64,000 nucleotides of DNA from Eledone cirrhosa (Eukaryota). The notes beneath the pieces were generated by a model. It was not told where the DNA came from, did not search any database, and was given only the letters and a program-made list of their open reading frames with translations. The stretch covers positions 278,814,001 to 278,878,000 of the forward strand of contig OZ024742.1 of assembly GCA_964016885.1 (NCBI GenBank). Reading direction: 5' to 3'. The translations under genes were made by a program, and so were the position numbers. Positions 1 to 14,711 of this stretch are shown here, one piece after another (the stretch's first letter is position 1; the number at the start of each line of letters is the position of its first letter).

Positions 1-236
1 CCGAGAAACAATTGTAATGTCTAATAAATTCTTTTCCTCGCAACACTGATTCTCTTTTTTGTGCCTGTGTGCGTCTGTGCAAATATATACGTATGCACAT
101 ACATATATTAGTATCTTAACCCTTCGGAGTATACATTTGAAACGTATTCCTGAAAGCTGTCGACTTACATAACGCATTGATCTTAAAGCACGTTACCAAA
201 ATAATAGTAAATTATACCACACTCTCTCTCTCTCTT

Positions 237-359
<123 letters not shown>

Positions 360-911
360 CGCAAAATAAGAAAATTATAAAATTAACTTACTTACAAAAA
401 TATCACTTCCAACTAATTAGTAAATATATTTTCCGAAGAAGATATTGAGAAACATTCCGTCGTCAGGGAAGTCTATTCTCATCTAAGTTTCCAGGCAAAG
501 CGAGGACTCTGGAAACTTATTAAAAAATAATTCAGTGGATAGAAAATAGCAAAGCGTGGACTGAATTCCTAGCCATTGAGAAAATCACTGCCTCTGCGTC
601 TGTGGCAAATTCAAAAAGAATCAATCACGTGACATCGAGGTCAATCAGTGGAAAGTGGTTTGCTATAACACAGCGGCCTGCCTACTACTATAGCAGCAGT
701 CATGGCCAATATTGCTCGACAATTAATTTGGAGATAATTATAAAGAATTAATATCTAGTAACATATATATACATACAGATGCATATCAATGCTAGCAAAT
801 ATATAGGTTTTGTCTTAGTAACATTGTGGTTCAATGCATGGGGTTGCAGAACAATAATATGAGAGACGTAAAATAAGAAAATTATAAAATTAACTTACTT
901 ACTAAAATATC

Positions 912-993
912 ACTTCCAACTAATTAGTTTCTGGAATGGAGTAAATATATTTTCCAAAGAAGATATTGAGAAACATTCCGTCGTCAGGGAAGT
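912..993 (-). ncRNA. Type I hammerhead ribozyme (family A, intact)
   Basis: Minus strand: acttcc-CTGACGA-cggaatg...cattcca-GAAA-ctaattag-TT-ggaagt. Confidence 0.8.
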
Positions 994-2438
994 CTATTCT
1001 CATCTAAGTTTCCAGGCAAAGCGAGGACTCTGGAAACTTATTAAAAAATAATTCAGTGAATAGGAAATAGCAAAGCGTGGACTGAATTCCTAGCCATTGA
1101 GAAAATCACTGCCTCTGCGTCTGTGGCAAATTCAAAAAGAATCAATCACGTGACATCGAGGTCAATCAGTGGAAAGTGGTTTGCTATAAGACAGCGGCCT
1201 GCCTACTACCATAGCAGCAGTCATGGCCAATATTGCTCGACAATTAATTTGGAGATAATTATAAAGAATTAATATCTAGTAACATATATATACATACAGA
1301 TGCATATCAATGCTAGCAAATATATAGGTTTTGTCTTAGTAACATTGTGGTTCAATGCATGGGGTTGCAGAACAATAATATGAGAGACGTAAAATAAGAA
1401 AATTATAAAATTAACTTACATACTAAAATATCACTTCCAACTAATTAGTTTATGGAATGGAGTAAATATATTTTGCAAAGAAGATATTGAGAAACATTCC
1501 GTCGTCAGGGAAGTCTATTCTCATCTAAGTTTCCAGGCAAAGCGAGGACTCTGGAAACTTATTAAAAAATAATTCAGTGGATAGGAAATAGCAAAGCGTG
1601 GACTGAATTCCTAGCCATTGAGAAAATCACTGCCTCTGCGTCTGTGGCAAATTCAAAAAGAATCAATCACGTGACATCGAGGTCAATCAGTGGAAAGTGG
1701 TTTGCTATAACACAGCGGCCTGCCTACTACTATAGCAGCAGTCATGGCCAATATTGCTCGACAATTAATTTGGAGATAATTATAAAGAATTAATATCTAG
1801 TAACATATATATACATACAGATGCATATCAATGCTAGCAAATATATAGATTTTGTCTTAGTAACATTGTGGTCAATACATGGGGTTGCAGAACAATAATA
1901 TGAGAGACGTAAAATAAGAAAATTATAAAATTAACTTACTTACTAAAATATCACTTCCAACTAATTAGTTTCTGGAATGGAGTAAATATATTTTCCGAAT
2001 ATATTTAGTAAGTAAGTTAATTTTATAATTTTCTTATTTTACGTCTCTCATATTATTGTTCTGCAACCCCATGCATTGAACCACAATGTTATTAAGACAA
2101 AACCTATATATTTGCTAGCATTGATATGCATCTGTATGTATATATATGTTACTAGATATTAATTCTTTATAATTAGCTCCAAATTAATTGTCGAGCAATA
2201 TTGGCTATGACTGCTGCTATAGTAGTAGGTAGGCCGCTGTCTTATTAGCAAACCACTTTCCACTGATTGACCTCGATGTCACGTGATTGATTCTTTTTGA
2301 ATTTGCCACAGACGCAGAGGCAGTGATTTTCTCAATGGCTAGGAATTCAGTCCACGCTTTGCTATTTCCTATCCACTGAATTATTTTTTAATAAGTTTCC
2401 AGAATCCTCGCTTTGCCTGGAAACTTAGATGAGAATAG

Positions 2439-2520
2439 ACTTCCCTGACGACGGAATGTTTCTCAATATCTTCTTCGGAAAATATATTTACTCCATTCCA
2501 GAAACTAATTAGTTGGAAGT
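2439..2520 (+). ncRNA. Type I hammerhead ribozyme (family A, inverted arm)
   Basis: acttcc-CTGACGA-cggaatg...cattcca-GAAA-ctaattag-TT-ggaagt; 6 bp stem I, 6 bp stem II, palindromic stem III. Confidence 0.82.
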
Positions 2521-2720
2521 GAAATTTTAGTAAGTAAGTTAATTTTATAATTTTCTTATTTTATGTCTCTCATATTATTGTTCTGCAACCCCATGCATTG
2601 AACCACAATGTTACTAAGACAAAACCTATATATTTGCTAGCATTGATATGCATCTGTATGTATATATATGTTACTAGATATAAATTCTTTATATATATAT
2701 ATATATGTATGTATATATAT

Positions 2721-2862
<142 letters not shown>

Positions 2863-2870
2863 ATATATAT

Positions 2871-2957
<87 letters not shown>

Positions 2958-3449
2958 CAAATACCTAAAATATGGCTGTTTTCATATCTATGAAAAAGTA
3001 CATTCTATATAAGAAAGTGTGTTATAGACTGTCGTTTGAAACTGAAACTTCACAAATCACATTTGCTACTTTTACACTTGCTATACCCGGGAGACTGTAA
3101 AAATCACAACGTGTTGCCATATTATATAATATACTAGTAAAAAGCTATATTAGAATGAAGCTGTAAAAGAAAAGTATATTGGAATAGCAAAACGAAATAA
3201 AGAAACATGATGGTATAATAAACGAACATATGACAGAATATATGACAAGATCAAATAACATAAAATAAGAGATAGAGAATATTAATGAGTCACAAAAGAT
3301 AAAATATTGTATTATAGATAAATAATTAAACATTCAAGTAAAGGAAATAATAATGTTAAATTCAATGTGTTTATTACATGGTGTACAAAAATATTGCAAA
3401 ATTTACATAACTATAACTTCAAAAATGTATCATGTCCGTATGAAATAAT

Positions 3450-3965
3450 AATTGTTTCCAGTTTTGGCACAAGGCCAGCAATTATCTCAGTGCATTATTG
3501 ATACTTTATTTTATCGACCCGTAAGGATGAAAGGCAAAGTTAACCTCGTCGGGATTTGAACTCAGATCAAAAAGGGCCGTAACTCTTTGCTGCAAAGTAT
3601 AGCGTGCGACCCTCTACCTATACTGCCAATCAATCGCCCTATAAAATAATCCACTGTCCGTACAAAATAATAATGGTTTCTAATTTAGGCACAGAACCAG
3701 CCATTTCAGGGTATATTAAAATCGATTATATCGACACCAATACATGTCAGGTACTTGATTTTATCGCAAACAGAATAATTGTTTTTACGTTAGGCACAGG
3801 GCCAGCAATTTGAAGGAGAGGGGAAAGACAATTAAATCGACCCCAGTGCATTACTAGTACTTTATTTTATCGACCCCGTAGACTGAAAGGCAAAGCTAAC
3901 TTTGACAGGATTTGAACTCAGCACATGCTGCAAAGCCTGGCGTCCGACGCTCTACCGATGCTGCA
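3450..3965 (-). mobile_element. Cluster of tRNA-derived SINE copies (octopus-type)
   Basis: Reverse complement has A-box-like tggcagtaggtagag and B-box gagttcaaatcc, then gcctttcatccttacgggtcgataaaataaagta; same family as 43579-44150. Confidence 0.8.
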
Positions 3966-4258
3966 ATAATGAATAGAAATGTTGAACTCTGGTGAAGCAA
4001 ATTGGAGTGAGAGACAAAATAATTATATCGATATCGCTTCTTCACGCGTACTTTATTTTATCTACTCCGGATAAATAATTGTCGAAACTTTGAGACGGTA
4101 GGATTTGAACTAACAACAATAAAGAATGGTAAACTAACTACTACATGGAAATCGTTTCTCATTCCTACAAATTCTCATACATACATATACATACACATAC
4201 ACGCACATACATATATATATATACACACACATGCATACATACATACTTGCATACATAT

Positions 4259-4314
<56 letters not shown>

Positions 4315-4316
<2 letters not shown>

Positions 4317-4570
4317 TAAAATAACAGATTAAAGTTTAAGCAAAGAATCGCTGCTTTCACCCTTAACGGGATCTTCTGAAACTAACAAAGTCAATCTGTA
4401 AACGCAGAACTGGATATTTCAAAAAACGTTGCAACCGGAGGAAGAAGGAAGACGATACTTTGGTTCATGGAAACGTTGGCTATGCAAATAAGTAATGATA
4501 TAAACAAAACATACTTAGCTCCCACATCAAGCCCTCTTTGGATTTTAGTCTTCAAATGTATTATTATTAC
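4315..4570. repeat. Dispersed (TA)n-flanked repeat family D; other copies ~18060-18235 (inverted), ~19402-19445, 56741-57260
   Basis: Shared ttaaaataacagattaaagtttaagcaa...cacccttaacgggatcttctgaaact. Confidence 0.75.
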
Positions 4571-4998
4571 TATATATATATATGGGATAACAAGTTATCG
4601 TTATAGGTAATCCAGTTAGAGGTTATGAGTACTTTGCGTCGTGAATAGTTTTAACGTACAGTTTTGTTTGACTCAACAAGATGCTTCCATAGTAATGCAG
4701 CGAGTTCGTGGTAATTTCTTTGCAGGTTATACTTAGAGTAATAATAGTTAAATGATGAAGAGTAACATGGTTGGCTGTAAAATATGGGTTTTATTTCCTT
4801 TATATCTTCCATTTTCTCATTTTCTTATTTTACTTTTTACCTTTTACATCTATAACTTCTCTATCTACTTACCATATATGTTTTATTATTGATGTTATTG
4901 TTTTGATTATACGCTATTTTATTATTGATGTTATTGTTTTGATTATACACTATTTTTCTATATAAGTCTTGCCTCGAGTGAATTACTTTCATATCTAT

Positions 4999-5109
4999 GT
5001 ACTCTGATGGGTTGACCAGAGGTAAATAATGTATTGGAGATCGAATGACGCAGCCTCCAGCGATTAGCGACCTCTAGACTCACCTGATCAACGAATCAAT
5101 TGTCAGTAC
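4999..5109 (+). ncRNA. Degenerate hammerhead motif with long stem II insert
   Basis: gtact-CTGATGG-gttga...tcaac-GAAT-caattg-TC-agtac then AAATAAA; two core mismatches. Confidence 0.5.
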
Positions 5110-5158
5110 TTTAAATAAAGCCCTTATTGTACAGCGAACTATGTTACTCTTCATCCTT

Positions 5159-5251
<93 letters not shown>

Positions 5252-5325
5252 GTTGAAACCTATCAAATATATAGACATACTCCCTACCGATTATCATATG
5301 TATATATACATACACATACACAGAC

Positions 5326-5396
<71 letters not shown>

Positions 5397-5432
5397 TACA
5401 TATATATGCGTAGAAACCTATCAAAGGATGTA

Positions 5433-5521
<89 letters not shown>

Positions 5522-6512
5522 ATGTGTGTGTGTTTGTGTGTGTGTGAGTGTGTGTGCGTGCGTGTATGTGTGTGTGCATGTAAGTATGTAGGTATGTATA
5601 TATATTTGAGTATGTCAATGTTTGCTCATATATATATAATAAAGCAAGAGATGAGAAGAAAAAGCACAAAGATCAATGTTTGTCTTCCTTGACACACTTT
5701 TCACTATATAAAAGACAATGTGACTAAAAAAAAAATTCTTGAAATAAATACACAGAAGCACACACATTCCCGGATACACACACTTGATTCCACACGGACA
5801 CATAAACTGAATTACACGCAGAAGCATCAGTCCCCGTTTGATACACACACATACATGCTCCTGGGACACTGAAAAACACACTACCATATACAGACCAACA
5901 AATACGCGCCGACCCTTAATAAATACATACACGCGTGTACACACAGACTGAAGGTCAAATATGAACACACACGGAAGACGCAAACACCCACATGAATACA
6001 TAAACATATTCATGTACAGATATAGACAAAAGCAAGCAGACACTCACATTTATTACATACATACTCACGCGCGCTGTCTCAGACACACACATACGTACAT
6101 AGATACCCAGATGAACATATACACACCAATAGGAAGATTTCTTTGTTATATACATTCACATACTCACTTGTTGACGCAGTAAGTCTTTAGTGGAACGCTA
6201 TTGTTGTCAACAGTCAATACAAGAGATATCACTTTTGCTTCACTCTATTGTCTTCCCTTTTTTCATATCCGTCTGCTAATTCCCACTTCCTTTACATCGC
6301 ATTTCCCCACTGAACGCTTCACAAACGTCACTTCCGCCTCAATATTATTGCAATTTCATTTAACCGATATTTTTATTTCGTCACTTCACCCACCGTCCGC
6401 ATACAATCAATTCGTAATTCATTCGATAATTCAATAACTACATCTACAACACGACTCCTTTTCTCTTGTTTTCTTTATATGATATATAAATGTTTGTGTT
6501 AAAACTGTGTAT

Positions 6513-6585
<73 letters not shown>

Positions 6586-6640
6586 TATATATATATATAC
6601 ATATATATATATGTGTGTACATACATATATACACATACAC

Positions 6641-6677
<37 letters not shown>

Positions 6678-6699
6678 ACTATATATATGTATATATGCA

Positions 6700-7098
6700 T
6701 GTATGTATGTATACGTACATACATATATGTATACAGACGTACAGTAGTATGTATATATATACACACATGCACACATATATATATGCACGTATCGGTTTAC
6801 CGAACATTTATTATAATGCTTGGTTTGTTTGTAAACAAACAAACAGCCCGAATTACGCCGTACAGTGTTTAGGCAACATGTCACCTTTTTGTTCAACACT
6901 GACACAGGAACGATGTACTAGTTTCAAGCTTATTAGCTATCGTCAGCATCGTATACTTTCCTGCCAGATGGTTGAACGTCTGAAAGTTTATATTTTCCTT
7001 ATGCATATTAACGGCTGAACAGCCTAATTTGCATATCGAGTGAGTCAGTGCCGTACTAAGAGTGAGAAATGAAATTTCGTTTCATTCTATTCCATTTA
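6700..7098 (-). repeat. Family B hammerhead-bearing repeat (~430-470 bp unit)
   Basis: Homologous to 18320-19350, 38676-39660, 41970-42805; flanked by (TA)n. Confidence 0.85.
6910..6952 (-). ncRNA. Minimal type I hammerhead ribozyme (family B)
   Basis: Minus strand: acgatg-CTGACGA-t agct aata agct t-GAAA-ctag-TA-catcgt. Confidence 0.85.
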
Positions 7099-7100
7099 TG

Positions 7101-7155
<55 letters not shown>

Positions 7156-7159
<4 letters not shown>

Positions 7160-7666
7160 TATTTTGCAATACACTGTATGCTTAATTAAAAGCATTTCGA
7201 AACCTTACGCTATTGTTTTAGAGTAGTGACAGTCTCACTTACTTTAAATTTTCAGCAAACAGGGGAGATAAAGCTGACAGAGCTCTGTTTCGTACTTTTT
7301 GGTACTTTTCAAAGCTAAGTACTCCACCTGTTTGCTGAAAATCATGAATGTTTGATTCTTATAGAATTCTAGTAATAATCAGGAACTGATTATACAGAGC
7401 GGTTGCCGGTCAAGCAGAAATTAAAAATTAGAATTGGTGCTCTGAAATAGCGATATATATATGAATGTATATATAGTGTATTTTGCAATACACAGTATGC
7501 TTAATTAAAAGCATTTCGAAGACCTTACGCTATTGTTTTAGAGATCGTCACTACTCTAAAACAATAGCGTAAGGTCTTCGAAATGCTTTTAATTAAGCAT
7601 ACAGTGTATTGCAAAATACACCATATATACATTCATATATATATCGCTATTTCAGAGCACCAATTC

Positions 7667-7672
<6 letters not shown>
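7156..7672. repeat. Family E partial tandem plus fold-back repeat in (TA)n; diverged relative at ~56390-56670
   Basis: tagtgtattttgcaataca at 7156 and 7474; inverted arm 7547-7672. Confidence 0.8.
7272..7316 (-). ncRNA. Hammerhead motif with U3-A8 core
   Basis: Minus strand: agct-TTGAAAA-gtac caaaaa gtac-GAAA-cagagctctg-TC-agct, enclosed by ttcagcaaacagg/cctgtttgctgaa. Confidence 0.7.
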
Positions 7673-7718
<46 letters not shown>

Positions 7719-7815
7719 TATAGGCACACTCACACACTCACACATACATTCACTGGCTTTGTTCTGTTAAATTTAGATATATCTCATTCTATGTTATATA
7801 TACAGGTGTATTGCG

Positions 7816-7909
7816 TCTTCTTCTTCTTCTTCTTCTTCTTCTTCTTCTTCTTCTTCTTCTTCTTCTTCTTCTTCTTCTTCTTCTTCTTCTTCTTCTTCTT
7901 CTTCTTCTT
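7816..7909. repeat. (TTC)n microsatellite
   Basis: Perfect trinucleotide run. Confidence 0.97.
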
Positions 7910-8564
7910 TATACATATATATATGTATGCTATAAATGCTCATAAATACATACACACACACACACACACATACACATATATATGTATGTATATATATATG
8001 TATGTATATTACAGTAATTAGTGTTGGTTTATCCAGGCATACGAACCACTGGGCAGTAATCAGGCGAAAGCACTCAACGTCAAATACCATGAAATATGTT
8101 TATGGTATCATACTGAGTATCATATTAAGAAAAGGAACAGAAACGATATTGCATATTCTACATCAGTTTATTTTATACATCATGCCTGTTATATACATTT
8201 TAAAGGTATCAACATCTCGATATATCACAATTATACAATGCTTTGTCATCAGGCAGGTGTTTAATTGTAAATAAGGCAAGGATATTTTGGTCTCATACTG
8301 AAATGTAAACATCTTTTCTTTGACGGGCAAATCAAAAGCAAGAACTAAACTTTAATTTAATTACATTTAAACACGTATCTGACGACAACGCATTGGATAG
8401 CTTTTGCATAACGAACTTTCGATGTCTATTGCGTATTTAATAGTAATTAATAGTCTTAATATTGAGTGTCTGCAAGGGATTGATTGTGAGGTAAATTTTG
8501 AATATTCTGTTCATAAGGTCTAACAGGTTGGCTCCTTTTATTGAGTAGTTACTGGTAAGTTATC

Positions 8565-8681
<117 letters not shown>

Positions 8682-8682
8682 G

Positions 8683-8758
<76 letters not shown>

Positions 8759-9460
8759 ATATATTATATATATATAAAGGCAGGCGAATTGGCAAAGTCG
8801 TTAGACCGTTGGATAGAATGCTTTATGGAATTCCTTCCGTCTCTCTGCTCTCTGAGTTGTTCAAATTCTTTGGAAGAAATCCTCTGTACTCAGACCTGGG
8901 AGTCTTAAAATGCTTAAGAAACGCTGTATCTCTATACGGTACACCTATGATTCTATCAGGATTTATGGGACCATACCATATATATATATATAAAAAACAA
9001 GGGAAGAGGAATACTGCGTGGTTGCACATGGATTACATATTATAAAATTAGTCCCTCATCAGTGATTTGCCAACCATCATTGGTATTTCATCGCATTAAC
9101 AATCAGATACCTCAGGTTGGTGCGAGCAATAACTAAAATAAGCTATTGGGACAAGTGAAACGCGTAAAGCGAGTGATACAAGTAAACAACAAGAAGGAAA
9201 AGCAAACCGAAGGTTGGAATAACAGCAAGCAACATGATGGTTATCCGATCAGCATAAACTGGGTGAATTTCATTAGCGGTCAGAGAAGCAGACCGTTCGC
9301 CGTGAATGAGGTGTGAGAAAGAAGGAACCCCACTACTAGCGAACGGGAGGAAGTGAGAAGGGGAGAAACAGAGAGTGAGTGAGTGGAAGTGCGAGGAAGT
9401 GGTCAGTCGAAAGAAAGTGTAACTGATAGAGGGGGCGAAAGAAGGTCAGAGAAACAGAGA

Positions 9461-10008
9461 GAACGATCACGCCACCTCCTCTTTTCAAAAACGAAAGAGA
9501 GGCGGTGTTTCTGTGCGTAATAGCCATGGCGAAAGAGGTTGTATGGTGGACGCGTCTGAAAGGACTAAGGTCAGACATCTTTCTCTCTGGCCAACAACTG
9601 GCCCGTTTCTTCCGATATCATTTCGGAAGAAGGATGAGGATGGAGAGAGAGGTACTGCACCCCAGCCGTTTTCATAAAAGATGGGTAAAAGTGGCGAGAA
9701 TGGCCCGTGTGAATGGGCCTTCACTCTACATCATACTGTAGGTGAGAAAGATGAAAGATCAAGGGAGCACCCTCTCTCTGTGCTCCTGAGGAGAAGGGTT
9801 GCACACATTTTTCGGGGGTGCGTGCGACCCCCAAGGCGCCTCCTCCCTATTGAGGATTTTGTTATTCAATTTATTTTTGATATATTTTATATTTTATATT
9901 TTTATATTTTGTTATTGCCTCCTCCTTAGTGAGGACGCCTTTTTATGTAAACTCCCCTCATTGTACTTGTCCCACTCTTTGATGCCCTGGTGGCAAATAA
10001 AATGTAAG

Positions 10009-10048
<40 letters not shown>
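9461..10048 (+). mobile_element. 5'-truncated Tx1/L1-like LINE 3' end with (ATCT)n tail
   Basis: FLCVIAMAKEVVWWTRLKGLRSDIFLSGQQL aligns with the ORF2 C-terminus at 13518-13817; tggcaaataaa followed by (ATCT)n. Confidence 0.85.
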
Positions 10049-10099
10049 AGATAGATAGATAGATAGATTGATAGATCGATAGATAGATTGATAGATATC

Positions 10100-13000
10100 T
10101 TTCTACATTTGTCACTCCTGACGTTGATTATTCACCAACAGATGAGGCTGCTTCCCCTTCTTTAAGTGAAGAAGGAGTAGAGCCTCGGTAATCTAAAAAA
10201 CAAAAAAGAGACACCACAAAACCCCCAAAACTCCAATCACCAACACCAACACAGAACCACAGACACAAACAACAACACAAACAACACCACAGTCAAACAT
10301 CCACCTACCAGCAAACCAACACCAACACAACCCCAAACACAAGCACCCACCATAAAAAGAAAACTCCCGGACGAACAACAAACTAAAACAACACAACAAA
10401 AACACAAACAACAATACGCATACATGAACACAAACACTTCTCTTCTTCACCAGCATGGCTAGTTTACGAGTTGGAAGCATGAATGTGCGTGGCCTAGGGG
10501 TGCCCTGGAAATAGGGCAAACTTTTAAACGACCTTAGGTCACACGGTATGGATGTGATAGCCATCAACGCGTCCAAGATCCGCAACAGGCAGCAATTAAC
10601 CCCCATCTTCAACGACTTTGAGATCTACGCATCTCTCTGTTAGCCAGGAGGTGGAGGGGGAGGAGCTGTCATGTTTCGGAAGAACCTGGACGTCGAAGTA
10701 CAGCAAATACACTTGGACCCGGAGGGTAGACTGGTAGTCCTAGACGTGAACAGTTTTGGAGGTGGAGCCTTCAGACTGGTGGCCGTTTATGCCCCGACCG
10801 GGCAATCGCAATCACGGCCAGACTTCTTTAAGCGTCTAGAGTCTTTTCTGGGAACGTCTCGCTCCTTACTTTTAGTAGGGGACTGGAATGGTATCCTAGA
10901 TGCACGATGGGACTATGTGGGAGCATATCCCAGTAGAGGGGGGGGGGTGCAACAGCCTCAAATCTTTAATCGGCCGATTCCAACTGGCCGATAGGTATCG
11001 ACTGGATTTCCCGACTGCACCACAGTGGGCGTGGGCAAACCGCAGCGGGACATCTAGATCGTATTTAGATAGGTTCTTTATTAGAGAAAGGCACAAAGAG
11101 ATGTTAAGATGTCCACGAATACACATGGTTGCCTATTCAGATCACAAATTAGTCGTCTGCTTAGTCAACCGTGATAGAACACATAAACAAGGACCCGGAT
11201 ACTGGAAGCTGAACGTGTCGTTGCCGGCACGTAAAGCTTACAGTGAACGGATAAATATACAAGTCAAGAAACAGTTAACGGGAGCCATCGTCAACAATAG
11301 ATGGTGGTACTCTCTCAAGAAAGCAATTAGAGTAGAAACGATAAGGTTTAGCAGACAGTTAGCCTTAGAGAAAAACAAAATAGAAAGAGAACTAGTAGAC
11401 GAGGTAGAGGAGGCACTTAGAAGATGCAACGCGGCTAGAGTGTTAGCGTCGAGAACGGCACTGGACCAGTTCTTCGACGCGAAACATGAAGGCTGCGTGG
11501 TCAGAAGCAAAACACGTGCTCTAGGAAACGAAGGCAACATGTCCACGATTCGGTCTTTAAAAGACTAAAACGGACGCGTTTCTTGACCCCAAGCAAATGT
11601 ACGCGGCCTTTCAGCAGTACTTTGCGCGACTGTTTGAGCAAAACGACGGTGAGCCGAACGGGGCAATGGACTTTAGTTCATAGCTCGACAGCCTGCCGCG
11701 TCTCTCGAGCACGGACGCCGAATTCTGCGAAAGATCGATCACGGACACTGAGATACGGGACACTCTGGGCCGCTGCAGGAAACGCAAGTCATCCGGTCTA
11801 GATGGTCTACCCTATGAGTTTTACATAGGCATCCCGGACATGTTCTCTGACGTCCTCGAAGCCGTCTACTGCAATTGGGAGCAGAAGGTGAGAATTCCCA
11901 GTTCTACAGGCCAGGGCGTAGTAACGTTGATCAGGAAAGACGAGAACAAGGGAGACGAAATCAACAACTTCAGGCCCATAACTCTGCTAAACACAGAGTT
12001 AATGATTTTGGCCAAGGTGCTAGTGACGAGGTTGGCGCTTGTCGTCGATAACCTGGTAGGGAAAGCGCAAACGTGTGCAATCTCGACCAGGTCCATACAC
12101 GACAACTTTCACCTTATGCGATACATCATAGAGAGGGTGGGTAGTTAACCCGGCTTCGGTGGGGCTCTGATCAATTTGGATCAGTCTAAGGCATTCGATA
12201 GGGTCGACCATCGATACATGGAAGCGGTTCTCAAAGCGGCCGGTTTCGGTACCGTTTTCAGAGGCTGGATCGAGGCGATGCACACCGGCATATGCTCAAG
12301 GGTCAAGGTGAACGGCTACCTATCGGAGCCGTTCGTAATCACGCGTTCCATTCGACAGGGATGCCCTCTCTCCTCCATTCTGTATGTATTGACACTAGAG
12401 CCACTACTGCGGAAATTGGAGCTGTTGTAGGGCATCCCTCTAGAACCGGGACTGCGCAAAGCGGCGTCAGCTTATGCCGACGACGTGACGGTAATGGTGT
12501 TGAGCACCTCGGATATCGAAGAGATCGGCAACTTACTGAAAAAATACGAAACGCTGACGGGAGCAAGACTAAACCGGAACAAGTCTGTCGGTTTGCAGCT
12601 CGGTACGTGGAGAAGCAAACCAATGACGTCCGACAGCGTTGTTGGACGCTGGACAGACCGGTGAAATTGCTCGGGGCCTTGTTCGGTCCAGACCTGCAGG
12701 TGGAGAAAAACTGGAACGAGCTCACGGCCAAGGTGTTTCGCTCACCCAGAAGTTGGCAGAGTGCAAATTGTACTTGAAAGGTCGAGTGGAGGTGGTGAAC
12801 ACTTTGATAGCGTCCGTCATCTACTACCGCTTGACTGTCGTGCATTGTCCCCGTGAACACCTCGCCAAGATGGAAAGCATGCTCTTCCAGCTTCTGTGGA
12901 AAAAGCAGGCTCTGCTGGTGAGGAGATCCGTCTGCTGTCAGTATCCTTCCAACGGAGGGCTGGGAATGCCGTGGCTGATGATGCGCAAAAATGCGCTGAG

Positions 13001-14100
13001 GATGCGGCATCTCCAGGTATCCTCACCAACCCCCAACCGGTGTGGGCACCGTTTGTGAGACAGGCTTTCCCGCAGCTCGTCTCGCTGACGGAGCTGCAGT
13101 CCTAGGTCAATAAAAGACCGAAAGCGATGAGCGCCTGGCACATTGAATACGCTCAGGGCACAGCCATCAGTGGAGACTCCACTTCGACATTCTATAGGGA
13201 GATTGTACATTACAAGGGCGATGACGTGCTCGGAGAGATTCGAAGACGATGAGCTCACCAGTCGGTTTGGTAGGACTTTCCGCCAGGGACTTATGGACAA
13301 CTTCCGGAGGTCCCTGGCCTGGCAGTGCTACCGAGGAGCTCTACCAGTTCGTGACAATATCTACAGGCACGGACGCCCGGCAGGGATCCTTCCAAGAGGA
13401 CATGTCCAAGATACGCGCAGGACATTGAAACCGTCCTATACGCAATTGTACACTGCCCGGGCGTAACCGATGTGGAACAATGCAGAACAACTGCTGTCGC
13501 GTATGTGACAAATCCAGTTGACTGCCGAGTCCTTAGTAAGGATCAAACCGCCAGCCTCTTTCAAAAACGAAAGAGAGGCAGCTTTGCTCTGTACAGTGGC
13601 TATGGTGAAAGAGGTTATATGGTGGACGAGATTGAGAGGACTGAGGACAGATGCCTTTCTCTCCGGACAACAATTGATTCCCTTCTTTAAGTATCACTTT
13701 AGAAGGAGAATCAGAGTGGAGAGAGAGGCACTGCACCCCACTAAATTTACTGAAATGTGGGTGAATGTGGCAAAAATGGCCCGAGTGATTCGGCGTTCGC
13801 TGTTTATAAGCCTGTAGGTTGAAGAAGAGAGCAAAAGGAAGAAAGGAGCACTTGCACAACACGCTTCTGAAGTTGAGGGTTGTTCTATCGACGGGGTATT
13901 AAACAACCCATTTGTGGCGCTTCCTCCCTATTGGGTATTTCAATTGTTATAATTGTTTGTCTCATATTTTTTACACGACTGTATGTAAAATCCTCGGCAT
14001 GTCTTTGTATTGTCCCCTTTTCTTGTGCGCCCTTGTGGCAAATAAAGAAATCTATCTATCTAAGATAGCTATCTATCTATCAGTTCATCTACCTACCTCA

Positions 14101-14144
<44 letters not shown>

Positions 14145-14145
14145 T
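10100..14145 (+). mobile_element. Tx1/L1-clade non-LTR retrotransposon, 5'-truncated (possible ORF1 tail, CA-rich spacer, ORF2, 3'UTR, (ATCT)n tail)
   Basis: APE and RT motifs; C/A-rich spacer 10195-10445; AATAAA at 14041 then (ATCT)n. Confidence 0.88.
10455..13817 (+). pseudogene. ORF2 AP-endonuclease/reverse transcriptase, multiple stops and frameshifts
   Basis: SMNVRGL, VAVYAP, VGDWN, YLDRFF, SDHKLV (APE); GLDGLPYEFY, FRPITLLNTE, DQSKAFDRVDH, RQGCPLS, AYADD (RT). Confidence 0.92.
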
Positions 14146-14619
14146 TATCCATCTCTATTATACATATTTAAATTACTCTGTGGCTCTATTGATACTATTA
14201 AGTGTCGCTTTTTGGAGTTTCCACCTTTTCAACTGTCTATTTACTAGAAACTAAATAAGCAAACAAACATAAATATAAACCAAATTGAGGAGACCAGGCG
14301 TGACAGGGACGTAAATTAGAATGTAAACTACTAACACTCACCTATATATGGTGCGGATAGCAGTGTTTTATAAATATCTATAACGGTCTCTATACAGTTA
14401 TATGGAAATAATGATTTAAAAGATTATGTGAAAATACAATTGTGAATCAACCTTGTAAGTAAGGTAGAAATAGAGAAATGTTATTTAGTTTCAAGCAGAT
14501 GTAAAAGACAGTGCCATCATTTTACTTGAAAAATTATTAATGATACACCCGAGCACACACACACACACACACACAGACACACAGACACACACACAGACAC
14601 ACACACACACACACACACA

Positions 14620-14711
<92 letters not shown>

